Numbered from the stretch's first letter, positions 1 through 11,358 are shown. The stretch: DNA of 64,000 bases from Acidobacteriota bacterium (GCA_003222975.1 QHXN01000028.1:13820-77819); one strand, 5' to 3'. Notes: generated from the letters alone by a model not told the origin. Made by a program: numbers and translations.

Positions 1-961
1 CGCCGAACGGGAACTTGTCGAGCAGCCCGCCATAGACGCCCGGAATCGAGACCGTCCCGCCCTTGCGGCAGCACAGTATCGCCTCGCGCAGCGCCGTCGA
101 GCGGTCGGTCGCCAAAAACATCAACGTCTTCACCTTGTCGTAGATCGCGCCGATTGAAGTGCCGTGCGCTTCGAGGCCGACGGCGTCAATGCAAGAGTCG
201 GGGCCGATGCCGCCGGTCAAGGCGGTGAGTTCGTCGTACACGTCCGCCTCTGTGTAGTTGATCGTGATCGCGCCGCTCTCCGCCGCCAGCCTCAGACGTT
301 CGGGGAAGCGGTCAATGGCGACGACGCGTTCCGCGCCTAAGAGGAAGGCGCTCTTGATGGCGAACAGGCCGACGGGGCCGCAGCCCCAGACGGCGACCGT
401 ATCGCCCGGCTGTATCTGGCAGTTCTCGGCGGCCATGTAGCCGGTCGGGAAGATGTCCGAGAGGAAGAGAACCTTCTCGTCATCGAGTCCGTCGGGAATC
501 TTCACCGGGCCAACGTCGGCGAAGGGCACGCGCGCGTACTCGGCCTGCCCGCCCGCGTAGCCGCCCATCATGTGCGAGTAGCCGAACAGTCCCGCGCCCG
601 AAAAGCCGTAGAGCTTCTCCTGCATCCAGGCGTTCGGGTTCGAGTTGTCGCACGCCGAGAACAGACCTCGCCGGCAGAAGAAGCATTCGCCGCACGCAAT
701 CGGGAAGGGCACGACCACGCGGTCGCCGACCTTCAGGTTCGTCACCGACGCGCCCGTCTCGACCACCTCGCCCATGAACTCGTGGCCGAGGATGTCGCCC
801 TTCTGCATCGTCGGGATGAAGCCGTCGTAGAGGTGCAGGTCTGAGCCGCAGATGGCGGTGCGCGTGATACGCACGACGGCGTCGCGCGGGTTGAGAATCT
901 TCGGGTCGGGCACGTCTTCCACGCGCACGTCCGTCTTGCCGTACCAGCAGAGTGCTTTCAT
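1..961 (-). CDS. Zn-dependent alcohol/formaldehyde dehydrogenase family protein (MDR superfamily), 3' end outside window
   Basis: Absent from the ORF track because the frame is open to the window edge. My reverse translation from ATG at 961 gives [47 protein letters not shown]...[10 protein letters not shown]...CGECFFC, which are typical zinc-ADH motifs. A purine-rich AAGGGGGAG lies just upstream. Confidence 0.8.
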   Translation of the reverse strand, partial: MKALCWYGKTDVRVEDVPDPKILNPRDAVVRITRTAICGSDLHLYDGFIPTMQKGDILGHEFMGEVVETGASVTNLKVGDRVVVPFPIACGECFFCRRGLFSACDNSNPNAWMQEKLYGFSGAGLFGYSHMMGGYAGGQAEYARVPFADVGPVKIPDGLDDEKVLFLSDIFPTGYMAAENCQIQPGDTVAVWGCGPVGLFAIKSAFLLGAERVVAIDRFPERLRLAAESGAITINYTEADVYDELTALTGGIGPDSCIDAVGLEAHGTSIGAIYDKVKTLMFLATDRSTALREAILCCRKGGTVSIPGVYGGLLDKFPFG

Positions 962-977
962 ACTCCCCCTTATTTTT

Positions 978-1086
978 AGGAGGCAGGAGGCAGGAGCAGG
1001 AAGCAGGCAGAACCAATATCAAACTGGAATCTCAAATTCTGAATAGAGCTGCCCCGACTGCCTCCTGCCCCCTGCCTCCCGCTCCT
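978..1086. repeat. heptamer-periodic hairpin element (unit AGGAGGC/AGGCAGG), imperfect
   Basis: Left arm aggaggcaggaggcaggagcaggaagcaggcag (978-1010) is roughly complementary to ctgcctcctgccccctgcctcccgctcct (1058-1086). It fills the gap between the SRPBCC stop (1091) and the ADH start (961). Confidence 0.65.
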
Positions 1087-1090
1087 GATT

Positions 1091-1924
1091 CTATCTTCCC
1101 GCCGACGCGCTGCGCCCCGAAGTCTGTTCTTTGGTCGCGACGCTGCGCCCCGAAGTCTGTCCCTCGGTCGTGGCGACCTCGCCGGTCTCCATGAGTTGCT
1201 TGAACCGGCCCAGGTCTTCGACGATCTGCTGTTCCGGGCTTTCGCCGAAGAGGCGCGCGACCAGAGCGCCGAGCTTGCCGCCCGGCGGGTCGTACTTGAG
1301 GACGACGCGCACGAACGTGCCGCGCCCGCCCGCGGCCTGCTCGAAGTGAACGGAGCCGGCGCTATCAACGTCTGCGCCTTCGAGCGTGCGCCAGGCGATC
1401 ATCTCGCCTTCCTTCTCGTTGTAGATTTCCGCGTCCCACTCGACGCTTCGCCCCGCCGGGGCCTTCGCGACCCAGTGCGAGCGGCCCTCGCCCGTCACGC
1501 GCACGGACTCCAGGTGATTCATGAACCGCGGCAGGTTCTCGAAGTTGCGCCAGAAGCGGTACAGCTCTCCGGGCGGGCGGTTGATGGTCACGCTCTTCTC
1601 GACCTTGATGCCTCGGCCCGCGGGCACGCTCACGTTCTCGCTGTTGCGCAGGCCGCCGCCCTCGGCGCTGCTGTAGCCCATCGCGTCGTAGAGGTTACAG
1701 TGGCCCGTCGCGCCCCTCTGCACGAGCGCCGCGCCCACGAGCGCCAGCGCGATGCCGCCCAGACTCCCGCGCGTCAGCCCGTAGAGCGCCAGCGCGCCGC
1801 CGCCGATGGCCGACGCCCAACGCTCCGCCTGCCCGACGTTGACCGTCGCGCCCATGCGCGTGCCCTCGCCCGTCTCTTCCGTCGCTTGCCCGACGTTCGT
1901 CAATGCTTCTTCATTCGCTGCCAT
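1091..1924 (-). CDS. SRPBCC (cyclase/dehydrase-like) protein with N-terminal membrane segment
   Basis: ORF-track frame 1091..2020. I prefer ATG at 1924 (MAANEEAL...), which is preceded by GGAGGAG. The Gly/Ala-rich TM stretch GGGALALYGLTRGSLGGIALALVGAAL is followed by ELYRFWRNFENLPRFMNHLESV...WDAEIY, typical of the SRPBCC fold. The C-terminus carries a duplicated QTSGRS motif from an approximately 23-25-nt direct repeat (1103-1127 and 1138-1160). Confidence 0.7.
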   Translation of the reverse strand: MAANEEALTNVGQATEETGEGTRMGATVNVGQAERWASAIGGGALALYGLTRGSLGGIALALVGAALVQRGATGHCNLYDAMGYSSAEGGGLRNSENVSVPAGRGIKVEKSVTINRPPGELYRFWRNFENLPRFMNHLESVRVTGEGRSHWVAKAPAGRSVEWDAEIYNEKEGEMIAWRTLEGADVDSAGSVHFEQAAGGRGTFVRVVLKYDPPGGKLGALVARLFGESPEQQIVEDLGRFKQLMETGEVATTEGQTSGRSVATKEQTSGRSASAGR

Positions 1925-2110
1925 CCCAGTCTTCTCCTCCCGCGAAACGTTTTTAGGACACCACGGCCACGGGACAGACTCCGGCCTGTCCGAAAACTGC
2001 TCGTCGCCAGCCGTGTTCACTGACAGGCAGACAAGCCTCGTGCCGTGTCACACAATGGCCGGGTTGTTTGCTTTGAGTTATTGAGTGAGAGAGTTTTTTA
2101 AGGAGTGAAA

Positions 2111-2138
2111 GAGAAAATCGGGGCGATAGGATTTGAAG
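2111..2138. repeat. degenerate direct copy of the tRNA-Pro 3' end plus flank (att-like)
   Basis: gagaaaatcggggcgataggatttgaag (2111-2138) matches gagaaagtcggggcggagggatttgaac (2523-2550) at 23 of 28 positions. The two copies bracket the HNH ORF. Confidence 0.7.
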
Positions 2139-2144
2139 CGCGAT

Positions 2145-2513
2145 TCAATGATACTTTTCATAATGCTCGATTTGGTGACAGTTCGAGCAAAGAACGACGC
2201 ATCTCTGAATTTCTCTTTTCATCGTGTCTATGGAAAAGCCGCTGCGAATCATGTCCGCCACGTTGAAATCTTTCTTCCCGCGTTCGTGGTGGTGGAACTC
2301 TAACGCGCGATAGTCAGTAAATCTGCAACGTTCACAGGCGAGGCTCTTCTTGTAATCGGCAAGCCAGGAGCGAAGTCTGCTTCTCCTCAGATTAGTTATC
2401 GCCCGCTTGCACTTCTGACACTTCCGCCTGCGGTAGATTTTACCGCCAACTATGTTGCAGACCTCGAAGGCTTCGTCAGGTTGTTCTACTTGGCATGACT
2501 TGCAGGTCTTCAC
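2145..2513 (-). CDS. HNH endonuclease-like small protein
   Basis: The track ORF 2145..2615 runs through the tRNA, so I start at GTG 2513 (VKTCKSCQ...). It has Cys pairs (CKSC, CQKC, CERC, CSNCH) and an HHH...N...CSNCHQIEH arrangement typical of HNH/zinc-finger nucleases. The segment is visibly AT-richer than its surroundings. Confidence 0.6.
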   Translation of the reverse strand: MKTCKSCQVEQPDEAFEVCNIVGGKIYRRRKCQKCKRAITNLRRSRLRSWLADYKKSLACERCRFTDYRALEFHHHERGKKDFNVADMIRSGFSIDTMKREIQRCVVLCSNCHQIEHYEKYH

Positions 2514-2529
2514 TTGAGAAGTGAGAAAG

Positions 2530-2603
2530 TCGGGGCGGAGGGATTTGAACCCCCGGCCTTCTGGTCCCGAACCAGACGCGCTACCAGGCTGCGCTACGCC
2601 CCG
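2530..2603 (-). tRNA. tRNA-Pro (anticodon CGG)
   Basis: The reverse strand reads CGGGGCGTAGCGCAGCCTGGTAGCGCGTCTGGTTCGGGACCAGAAGGCCGGGGGTTCAAATCCCTCCGCCCCGA. It has a 7-bp acceptor stem, D arm GCGC/GCGC, anticodon stem TCTGG/CCAGA with loop TTCGGGA, and T loop TTCAAAT. CCA is not encoded. Confidence 0.93.
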
Positions 2604-2626
2604 ACAAGGAAACAAATTGTGGAAGC

Positions 2627-2655
2627 ATTCTAAGTGGCGCAGGCACGCATGTCAA
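2627..2655 (-). promoter_or_regulatory. sigma-70-type promoter for tRNA-Pro
   Basis: On the reverse strand, TTGACA (2655-2650) is followed by a 17-nt spacer and TAGAAT (2632-2627). The -10 box ends 23 nt upstream of the tRNA 5' end. Confidence 0.6.
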
Positions 2656-2694
2656 ACACGCCGGTCGTTTTGCGTGCCGACGGCGCGGCTCGCT

Positions 2695-3330
2695 TCAGCT
2701 TTCTTGCGGGCGCGAGTGCTTCATGTGACGCCAGACCCACCATGCGGCGGCGAGGATGAAGGCGATGCCGATGAGGAAGTCGAAGCGGTGGAACCATGTC
2801 TTCAGCGAGTCGTTCTTGTCCCACTGCTCGCCGAGAATCTGTCCGACGTAGGCGAGGCCCAGACACCACGGCAGAGAGCCGAGGAAGGTATAGAGGGTGA
2901 AGCGCGACAGGTTCATGCGCGCCACGCCCGCGGGGAAGGCGATGAAGGTGCGCACGACGGGCAGCAGTCGGCTGGCGAAGACGATGATCTCACCGTAGCG
3001 CGCGAACCAGCGGTCTGCCAGATCGAGGTCGCCGCGCGAGATGAGGACGAAGCGCCCGTACCTTTCTATGAAACGCCGCCCGCCGTATTTGCCCGCCCAG
3101 TAGGCGACGAGCGACCCGACGACGCAGCCCGCGGCCCCGGCCACGGCCACGGCCCAGAGGTTGAACCGCCCCGTGTGCACGAGGTAGCCCGAAAACGGCA
3201 TGATGACCTCCGACGGAAGGGGTATGCATGCCGACTCGATAGCCATCAAAAGCACGACGCCCGCGTAGCCGAGCGTCGAGATCGTCGCCACGATGAAGGC
3301 GGAAAGGATTTCGATTATTCTCGCGACCAA
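2695..3330 (-). CDS. DedA family membrane protein
   Basis: YAGVVLLMAIESACIPLPSEVIMPFSGYL...YGGRRFIERYGRFVLISRGDLDLADRWFARYGEIIVFASRLLPVVRTFIAFPAGVARM is a classic DedA/SNARE-associated pattern. I chose TTG at 3330 because GGAG lies 8 nt upstream. The track start at 3477 would read through the hairpin and the pcm 3' end. Confidence 0.8.
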   Translation of the reverse strand: MVARIIEILSAFIVATISTLGYAGVVLLMAIESACIPLPSEVIMPFSGYLVHTGRFNLWAVAVAGAAGCVVGSLVAYWAGKYGGRRFIERYGRFVLISRGDLDLADRWFARYGEIIVFASRLLPVVRTFIAFPAGVARMNLSRFTLYTFLGSLPWCLGLAYVGQILGEQWDKNDSLKTWFHRFDFLIGIAFILAAAWWVWRHMKHSRPQES

Positions 3331-3347
3331 GTAAGCACTCCGTTTTA

Positions 3348-3423
3348 AGTTACAAGTCACAAGTTCAAGGTTCAAAGTTAATTCGGTCTTCAACTTTGAA
3401 CCTTGAACTTGTGACTTGTAACT
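3348..3423. repeat. heptamer-periodic hairpin element (AGTTACA/AGTCACA/AGTTCAA/GGTTCAA)
   Basis: A perfect 32-bp stem pairs 3348-3379 with 3392-3423 around a 12-nt loop. The pcm stop codon (3422-3424) overlaps the foot. Confidence 0.95.
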
Positions 3424-4108
3424 ATTCGTTATTCCAGCCGTAGCGACCGATGAGCGGGACGAAGGCGCACGGGCCATGCTCCTCGTGCTGGTAGCCCTCC
3501 TCTGTGCGGAGGACGCGGACGAGGCGCTGCGACTCGCGCGAAGCGCCGACGGGGATGACGAGGCGGCCCCCGACCTTCAGTTGCGCGAGCAGTGGTTCGG
3601 GCACTTCAGGCCCGCCGGCGGCGACGAGGACACAGTCGTAGGGTGCGTGCGCAGCCCAGCCGAGCGTGCCGTCGAAGCACTTGACCGTGGCGTTGTAGAT
3701 GCCTAAGCCGCGTATGCGCGACTGCGCCTCGCGCGCCAACTCCGGGATGCGCTCGATTGCATAGACCTGGCCGGCGACGCGCGCGAGCACGGCGGTCTGG
3801 TAGCCGGAGCCTGCGCCGATTTCGAGCACGCGGCTCGTCTTGTCTGCTTCGAGCAGCTCGGTCATGCGCGCGACGATGTAGGGCTGCGAGATGGTCTGGT
3901 TGGCGTTGATCGGGAGTGCGTGGTCGCCGTAGGCGCGGCCCTGCAAGGCTTCGGGGACGAAGAGGTGGCGCGGCACTTCCGTCAACGCTTCGAGCACGCG
4001 CGGGTCGCGAATCTCGTAGTGGTCGCGCAGGCGCTCGACCATGCGCCTACGCGGGATGCGAAAACCTGTTGACTGTGCTGCCGACCAGTTTGAAGGCAAG
4101 GAACTCAA
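3422..4108 (-). CDS. pcm: protein-L-isoaspartate O-methyltransferase
   Basis: ISQPYIVARMTELL...VLEIGAGSGYQTAVLA...VLVAAGGPEVPEPLLAQLKVGGRLVIPVG, in the conserved surE-pcm gene order. The start is either TTG 4108 (AGGAAG SD) or ATG 4042. Confidence 0.9.
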   Translation of the reverse strand: MSSLPSNWSAAQSTGFRIPRRRMVERLRDHYEIRDPRVLEALTEVPRHLFVPEALQGRAYGDHALPINANQTISQPYIVARMTELLEADKTSRVLEIGAGSGYQTAVLARVAGQVYAIERIPELAREAQSRIRGLGIYNATVKCFDGTLGWAAHAPYDCVLVAAGGPEVPEPLLAQLKVGGRLVIPVGASRESQRLVRVLRTEEGYQHEEHGPCAFVPLIGRYGWNNE

Positions 4109-4139
4109 AGGCTCTCTTCCTAAGTTCGCGGCGTTTGGC

Positions 4140-4934
4140 TCAACCGAGACCGGCGGGCTGATCCTGCGCGCGGCTCTCGACCTCTTCGGCGAGCAGGTAA
4201 TTCCAGCCGGCGACGGCGTCGAAGGCGTTGTGGTTCGTCATGTCGCTTCGCAAGGGCGTGACGGAGATGCAGCCCGCCTCGACCGCCGAGTAGTCCGTCC
4301 CGTCTTCGTGCTCGGAGTTGAAATACTCCTCGCCGATCCAGTAGTAAGCCTTGCCGCGCGGGTCTATGTGCTCGGTGATGATGGGCCGGGCCTTCTTGAT
4401 GCCCTGCCGCGTGACGCGCACGCCGCGGACTTCGCCCGGCGGGACGTTGACGTTCAGGAGCGTCCCTTCGGGCAGTCCCTCGGAGAGAACCTTGCGCGCG
4501 GCGACGACGGCGAAGCGCGCCGCCTCCGTGAAGTCGAAGTGCTCGCGCGCGACGAGGCTGAAGGCGAGGCCGGGCACGCCGAGGATGGTGGCTTCGAGCG
4601 CGCCCGCGACCGTGCCCGAATAGGTCGCGTCGTCGCCGAGGTTGCCGCCGTGGTTGATGCCGGAGCAGCAGATGTCGGGCATCTCGTCTGGGCCGAGAAT
4701 CTGGTTCAAGGCGAGCGTGACGCAGTCGGTCGGCGTGCCGTCAACAGTCCAGTGGCGCTCGTCAATCTGGCGGATGCGCAAAGGTCTTGAGAGCGTTAAG
4801 GAGTGCGAAGCGCCGCTCATCTCGGCGGCGGGCGCGACGACGTAAACGTCGCCCACCTCGCGCAGAGCCTCCTCCAGCTTCGTGAGGCCGTCGGAATGTA
4901 TGCCGTCGTCGTTTGTCAGAAGAATCCGAACCAT
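4140..4934 (-). CDS. surE: 5'/3'-nucleotidase SurE
   Basis: MVRILLTNDDGIHSDGL...SGINHGGNLGDDATYSGTVAGALEA are hallmark SurE motifs. Confidence 0.92.
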   Translation of the reverse strand: MVRILLTNDDGIHSDGLTKLEEALREVGDVYVVAPAAEMSGASHSLTLSRPLRIRQIDERHWTVDGTPTDCVTLALNQILGPDEMPDICCSGINHGGNLGDDATYSGTVAGALEATILGVPGLAFSLVAREHFDFTEAARFAVVAARKVLSEGLPEGTLLNVNVPPGEVRGVRVTRQGIKKARPIITEHIDPRGKAYYWIGEEYFNSEHEDGTDYSAVEAGCISVTPLRSDMTNHNAFDAVAGWNYLLAEEVESRAQDQPAGLG

Positions 4935-5019
4935 AAAATTAAGCCGGACTCCATTACACCTTAACGCCCGGAATTATTCAAGCGAGTTTTGAAACGTGTG
5001 CGCCGCCTGCGTGCCGCGC

Positions 5020-5244
5020 TCAATCAAACTTCTCGTTGAGCCAGCCCGCGAACGTCGTCCAGTCAACCCGGCGGAAGCCGCGCTTGCCACTCGCTTTCCT
5101 CCAGCCGAACGAGCCGTGACCGATCTCTATCTCGCCCAGTTTCTCGCCCTCCGCGAAGACCTCAAGCTCGATTCCGCTCCCCGCCTTCGAGAGTTCGAGC
5201 ACCTTCACGTTCACCTTGACCTCGTGCTTCTTGTCAGTGGGCAT
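5020..5244 (-). CDS. hypothetical small protein (74 aa)
   Basis: The composition looks coding and is not a GC-shadow type (MPTDKKHEVKVNVKVLELSK...). AAAGGAGA SD lies 5 nt upstream of ATG 5244. I recognise no family. Confidence 0.5.
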   Translation of the reverse strand: MPTDKKHEVKVNVKVLELSKAGSGIELEVFAEGEKLGEIEIGHGSFGWRKASGKRGFRRVDWTTFAGWLNEKFD

Positions 5245-5291
5245 GCTTGTCTCCTTTCTATCGGTCTAATCTTAATCAAACGGAGGCGGAT

Positions 5292-5328
5292 GACAAAAGC
5301 CCCGCGGACTTTTCGCGCCCGCGAGGCT
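5292..5328 (-). terminator. rho-independent terminator after the radical-SAM gene
   Basis: The reverse strand reads AGCCTCGCGGGC-gcgaaaa-GTCCGCGGGGCT followed by TTTTGTC. The stem is 12 bp including two G-U pairs. Confidence 0.65.
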
Positions 5329-5355
5329 TTCATTGTTTCGAGTGTCCGGCGGAGC

Positions 5356-7398
<2,043 letters not shown>

Positions 7399-7783
7399 CT
7401 TTATTCCCTTCTAAAATTTTTCGGGTCGCTTGTGCAAACGCTTGAGCCGGCTCTTGACGGTGGGGCCGCCGCCGGGTTGACTAACTGAAGCGCGCCGGAT
7501 ACAAAATTTCCACTACAGCCCGCCGCGTCCGTTTCCTTCCCTTGAGTTATTGCTCCGGCCAGAAAAAGGCCAGCCGCTTTCGGAGTGCAATGACCGTGCC
7601 ACCTTCGACGAAAAGCCCGAAGTCGAAAAATAACTGGACTTGTTCGAGATTGAGGACTCCAGGGATCGTGCACAACAACCTTGCTGTCCGGGTCATCCGA
7701 ACCTCGGAGGCTTGATTCTAGCAGAGGCGTGACCATATGACACGTCAACCTCCTACTAATCATCCCAGGCCGGAACTCTTGAC

Positions 7784-8590
7784 TCACAGGGCCGCGAAAT
7801 CCTTGGGAATTTGCCCGTTTGCCTCGACGATTCGCATGACCTCGTCGAACAGAATGCCGTTTGTAGCGACGGCATTTCCCGAATGAATCGAACGACGCCC
7901 GTGCCAGTCCGTGAACGTGCCGCCGGCCTCTTCAACGACTGGCAGAAGCGCCGCGCAGTCCCAAACGTTCATCGCCGGGTCGAGCATCACGTCGGCCCGC
8001 CCCGTCGCGACGAGGACGTAGCCGTAGCAGTCGCCCCAGGTTCGGCGCATCGCGGCCCTGCGTTGCAACTCGTCCGCCGCCGGGCCGAAGCCGTGGCGCT
8101 CGCACGTCCCGAAGTCTGTGGAGAGAAGCAGCGCGTCTTCGAGCGCGGCGGTCTGGGAGACGCGCGTGCGCTCGCCGTTCCAGAAGCAGCCCGCGCCCTT
8201 CGCCGCATAGACTATCTCGCCGAGCGCCGGGATGTTGATGACGCCGACCGAAGGCTCGCCATCTATTTCGACGCCGAGGAGGACGCCGTAGAAGGGGACG
8301 CCGTGGACGAAGGAGTACGTGCCGTCAATCGGGTCAATGATCCAGCGCCTGCCCGAAGAGCCTACGCTTTCGCCGCCCTCTTCGCCGATGATCGCGTCGT
8401 CGGGAAATTTCTCAATTATTCGGCGGCGCAAAAATTCTTCCGCCTCAACGTCGGCCTGCGTGACGAAATTGTCCTTGCCCTTCAGGCGCGTCTCGAACTC
8501 CTTGCGGAAGTAGCGAAGCGTTATCTCGCCCGCCTCGCGCGCGAGCCGGACGCCGAAGTCGAGAAGGTCTTGCAGCTCGCCGTTGCTCAT
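7784..8590 (-). CDS. hisN: inositol-monophosphatase-family protein, probable histidinol-phosphatase HisN
   Basis: IMPase motifs [14 protein letters not shown] and WDCAA. It is the last gene of the his operon and has a 4-nt overlap with hisIE. The HisN role is inferred from context. Confidence 0.65.
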   Translation of the reverse strand: MSNGELQDLLDFGVRLAREAGEITLRYFRKEFETRLKGKDNFVTQADVEAEEFLRRRIIEKFPDDAIIGEEGGESVGSSGRRWIIDPIDGTYSFVHGVPFYGVLLGVEIDGEPSVGVINIPALGEIVYAAKGAGCFWNGERTRVSQTAALEDALLLSTDFGTCERHGFGPAADELQRRAAMRRTWGDCYGYVLVATGRADVMLDPAMNVWDCAALLPVVEEAGGTFTDWHGRRSIHSGNAVATNGILFDEVMRIVEANGQIPKDFAAL

Positions 8591-9261
8591 TCTTTTCCCT
8601 TCCCTCTGCGGCGGCGCGCAAGCTCACCGCCCAAGGCTTCGAGGGTCAGGCCGCGCTCGACCATCAGCACGAGCAGATGATAGATGAGGTCAGCCGTCTC
8701 GTAGGTCAAAGCCTTAGGGTCGCCGTCCTTCGCCGCGATGATCGTCTCAGCCGACTCCTCGCCGACCTTCTTCAGAATCTTGTTCAGCCCCTTCTCGAAA
8801 AGATACGTGGTGTAAGAGCCTTCCGGCATCTCGCGCCGCCGCCCCGCGATGACACCATAAAGCTTTTCGAGCACAGTGCCGATGTCTTCTTCTTCCGCGC
8901 TCGCGCCCACCGATTTTTGCGCGCCTGCCGTTTGAAGACCTTCAACTTCCTGGTGGAAGCAGGAGACCGCGCCCGTGTGGCAGGCGGGGCCGCGCGGCTC
9001 GACGAGCACGACCAGCGCGTCCGAGTCGCAGTCGAGGCGCACGTCAACGACTCGTTGCGTGTGGCCGGAGGTCGCGCCCTTGTGCCAGAGTTCGGAGCGC
9101 GAGCGCGACCAGAACCACGTCTCGCCCTCCGAGAGCGTGCGGCGCAAGCTCTCCTCGCTCATGTAGGCGAGCGTCAAGACCTCGCGCGTGCGCGCGTCCT
9201 GCACGACCGCGGGTACTAGCCCGCGCTCGTCGAAGCGAACGTCCTCCGCCTTCAAACTCAT
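8587..9261 (-). CDS. hisI: bifunctional phosphoribosyl-AMP cyclohydrolase / phosphoribosyl-ATP pyrophosphatase
   Basis: HisI part: [26 protein letters not shown]...[17 protein letters not shown]...DCDSDALV...CHTG. HisE part: [21 protein letters not shown]...[10 protein letters not shown]. Confidence 0.9.
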   Translation of the reverse strand: MSLKAEDVRFDERGLVPAVVQDARTREVLTLAYMSEESLRRTLSEGETWFWSRSRSELWHKGATSGHTQRVVDVRLDCDSDALVVLVEPRGPACHTGAVSCFHQEVEGLQTAGAQKSVGASAEEEDIGTVLEKLYGVIAGRRREMPEGSYTTYLFEKGLNKILKKVGEESAETIIAAKDGDPKALTYETADLIYHLLVLMVERGLTLEALGGELARRRRGKGKE

Positions 9262-10025
9262 CGCACCAAGACTCCTCGTTCGCGCAAATACTTTTTCACC
9301 TCGCCGACGGTGAACTCTCCGAAGTGGAAGAGCGACGCCGCCAGCACCGCACTCGCGCCGCCCGCCGTCAGTGCCTCGTAGAAATGTTCGAGCCTGCCCG
9401 CGCCGCCGGACGCGATGACTGGAATACGCACGGCGTCAGCTACCGCGCGCGTCAGCTCGATGTCGTAGCCGTCGCGCGTGCCGTCGCAGTCCATGCTCGT
9501 CAGCAGAATCTCGCCCGCGCCCAACTCCTCGGCTCGCGCCGCCCACTCGACGGCGTCACGCCCGACGGTGCGGCGACCGCCGTGCGTGAAGACCTCCCAG
9601 CCCGCCGACGCGTCGCGCGCGACACGCCGCCGCGCATCAATCGCCACGACCATGCACTGGCTGCCGAACACGCTCGCGCCCTCCGTTATCAACTCCGGGC
9701 GCTCGACCGCCGCGGTGTTGAGAGAAACTTTGTCCGCGCCCCCGCGCAGGACGGCGCGCACGTCCTCAATCGAGTTCAGCCCGCCGCCCACGGTGAACGG
9801 GATGAAGACCTCGTCGGCCACGCGGCGCACGAGTTCGGCGACGATGGCGCGCTTGTCTGCCGACGCGGTGATGTCTAGAAACGTCAGCTCGTCCGCGCCT
9901 TCGCGGTCGTAGCGCTTCCCCTGCTCGACGGGGTCGCCCGCGTCCACGAGCGAGATGAAGCGTATGCCCTTCACGACGCGACCGTTGTTGACATCGAGAC
10001 ACGGGATGATGCGCTTCGCGAGCAT
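9258..10025 (-). CDS. hisF: imidazole glycerol phosphate synthase cyclase subunit HisF
   Basis: [20 protein letters not shown]...[11 protein letters not shown]...PFTVGGGL...[12 protein letters not shown] use ATG 10025. The track N-terminal extension to 10265 is Arg-rich junk overlapping hisH. Confidence 0.92.
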   Translation of the reverse strand: MLAKRIIPCLDVNNGRVVKGIRFISLVDAGDPVEQGKRYDREGADELTFLDITASADKRAIVAELVRRVADEVFIPFTVGGGLNSIEDVRAVLRGGADKVSLNTAAVERPELITEGASVFGSQCMVVAIDARRRVARDASAGWEVFTHGGRRTVGRDAVEWAARAEELGAGEILLTSMDCDGTRDGYDIELTRAVADAVRIPVIASGGAGRLEHFYEALTAGGASAVLAASLFHFGEFTVGEVKKYLRERGVLVR

Positions 10026-10033
10026 TCGACGCC

Positions 10034-10639
10034 TCAGCCTTCCGCGAAATTTTTTAGCAGCCGGAGGCCCGCCGCCTGACTCTTCTCCGGGTGGAACTGA
10101 ACGCCGCAGACCCGCCCGCGCGCGACGACCGAGAAGTATCTCAGGCCGTACTCGGTCTCGCCGATCACCACGTCCTCGTCCGACGCATCGCAGAAGTAAG
10201 AGTGGACGAAGTAGAAAAAAGACTGGCTCTCGATGCCTTCCGCGAGCGCGTGTTCTTTGCGCCACCCGACCTGATTCCAGCCGACCTGCGGCACGCGCAG
10301 ACTCGCGGGGAAGCGTCGCACGCGACCGCGCAGGAAACCGAGGCCGGCGGTGACGCCGAACTCCTCCGACTCCTCAAAGAGCATCTGCATGCCGACGCAG
10401 ACGCCGAGCAGCGGTGTGCCTTCCTCGACGCGCTCGCGCACGAGGCGGTCGAAGCCGCGCTCCGCCAAAGCCTCCATGCACGCGCGGAACGCGCCGACGC
10501 CCGGCAGCACGAGTTTCGACGCCCCGCGCAGCACGCCCTCGTCAGCGCTGACGACCGCCTTGCAGCCCGCCGCGTGGAAAGCCTTCTCGACCGAGCGAAG
10601 GTTCCCCACGCCGTAATCTATGATCGCCACGCGAGCCAA
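10034..10639 (-). CDS. hisH: imidazole glycerol phosphate synthase glutaminase subunit HisH
   Basis: [17 protein letters not shown]...LVLPGVGAF...[10 protein letters not shown]...HSY are class-I amidotransferase (HisH) motifs. Confidence 0.92.
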   Translation of the reverse strand: MARVAIIDYGVGNLRSVEKAFHAAGCKAVVSADEGVLRGASKLVLPGVGAFRACMEALAERGFDRLVRERVEEGTPLLGVCVGMQMLFEESEEFGVTAGLGFLRGRVRRFPASLRVPQVGWNQVGWRKEHALAEGIESQSFFYFVHSYFCDASDEDVVIGETEYGLRYFSVVARGRVCGVQFHPEKSQAAGLRLLKNFAEG

Positions 10640-10741
10640 GTCTCTTGCAACACCTCTCGATTTCTCACAGCCACACCCCCGCGCCCATTTCTGACAGCGT
10701 CTCTCTCAAGCTCGTTCGAGACAGCACCCTTCTCATGCTCC

Positions 10742-11350
10742 TTACAGCACGCCCTTCGTGCTCGGCACGCCCTCGACACGCGGGTCGCGCTCGACCGCAC
10801 GACGGAGCGCGCGCGCCGTCGCCTTGAACGTGCCTTCGAGGATGTGGTGCGTGTTGCGCCCGCGCAGGCAGTCTATGTGAAGGTTGCAGCGCGCGGCCTC
10901 GGCGAGCGAGCGCCAGAAGTGCTCGGCCAGCTCGACCGAGAAGTTGCCGATCACCTGCCGCCGCGTCCCGACCTCATAGACGAGGTAGAAGCGGCCCGAC
11001 AAGTCCACGACCGCGCGGCACAGGGCCTCGTCCATCGGCACGGTCGCCTCGCCGTAGCGCGCGATTCCGCTTTTGTCGCCGAGCGCCTGCGCGATGGCCT
11101 GTCCGAGCGTGATGGCGATGTCCTCGACCGAGTGGTGGTCGTCTATGTGCAGGTCGCCGCGGCACTCGACTTCGAGGTCGAACAGGCCGTGGCGCGCGAA
11201 CAGCTCCAGCATGTGATCGAGGAACGCCACGCCCGTCGAGACCTTCGACGCGCCGACGCCGTCGAGCACAAGGCGGACGCGCACGTCCGTCTCCTTCGTC
11301 CTGCGCCGCACCTCGGCGGCTCGCGCCTGCGCCTGCACTTCATTACTCAT
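10742..11350 (-). CDS. hisB: imidazoleglycerol-phosphate dehydratase
   Basis: RRTKETDVRVRLVLDG...TGVAFLDHMLELFARHG...GDLHIDDHHSVEDIAI...RGRNTHHILEGTFKA. Confidence 0.93.
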   Translation of the reverse strand: MSNEVQAQARAAEVRRRTKETDVRVRLVLDGVGASKVSTGVAFLDHMLELFARHGLFDLEVECRGDLHIDDHHSVEDIAITLGQAIAQALGDKSGIARYGEATVPMDEALCRAVVDLSGRFYLVYEVGTRRQVIGNFSVELAEHFWRSLAEAARCNLHIDCLRGRNTHHILEGTFKATARALRRAVERDPRVEGVPSTKGVL

Positions 11351-11358
11351 AGTTAAAT

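Noticed and set aside
2514-2615. N-terminal extension of the HNH ORF (track ORF 2145..2615)
   Set aside because: The extension is simply the tRNA-Pro gene read as protein (..GVAQPGSASGSGPEGRGFKSLRP..). A GTG at 2513, just past the tRNA, gives a sensible start.
7399-7783. Possible RNase P RNA, tmRNA, SRP RNA, SAM-I or cobalamin riboswitch in the long spacer
   Set aside because: I searched by eye on both strands for the core motifs (GGAAAGUCCGG, the tmRNA tag and 3' end, the SRP GGAAGCAGCC-like motif and the B12 box). None is present. An unknown RNA cannot be excluded.
7401-7787. 128-aa ORF filling the gap between hisN and the radical-SAM gene
   Set aside because: It has no SD, its composition is odd ([19 protein letters not shown]...) and I recognise no motifs. 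It spans the whole AT-richer spacer and overlaps the hisN stop. I treat it as non-coding leader.
10026-10265. 80-aa N-terminal extension of hisF in the ORF track
   Set aside because: It is Arg/Gly/Pro-rich and overlaps the hisH coding region in another frame. The canonical HisF N-terminus [12 protein letters not shown] starts at 10025.
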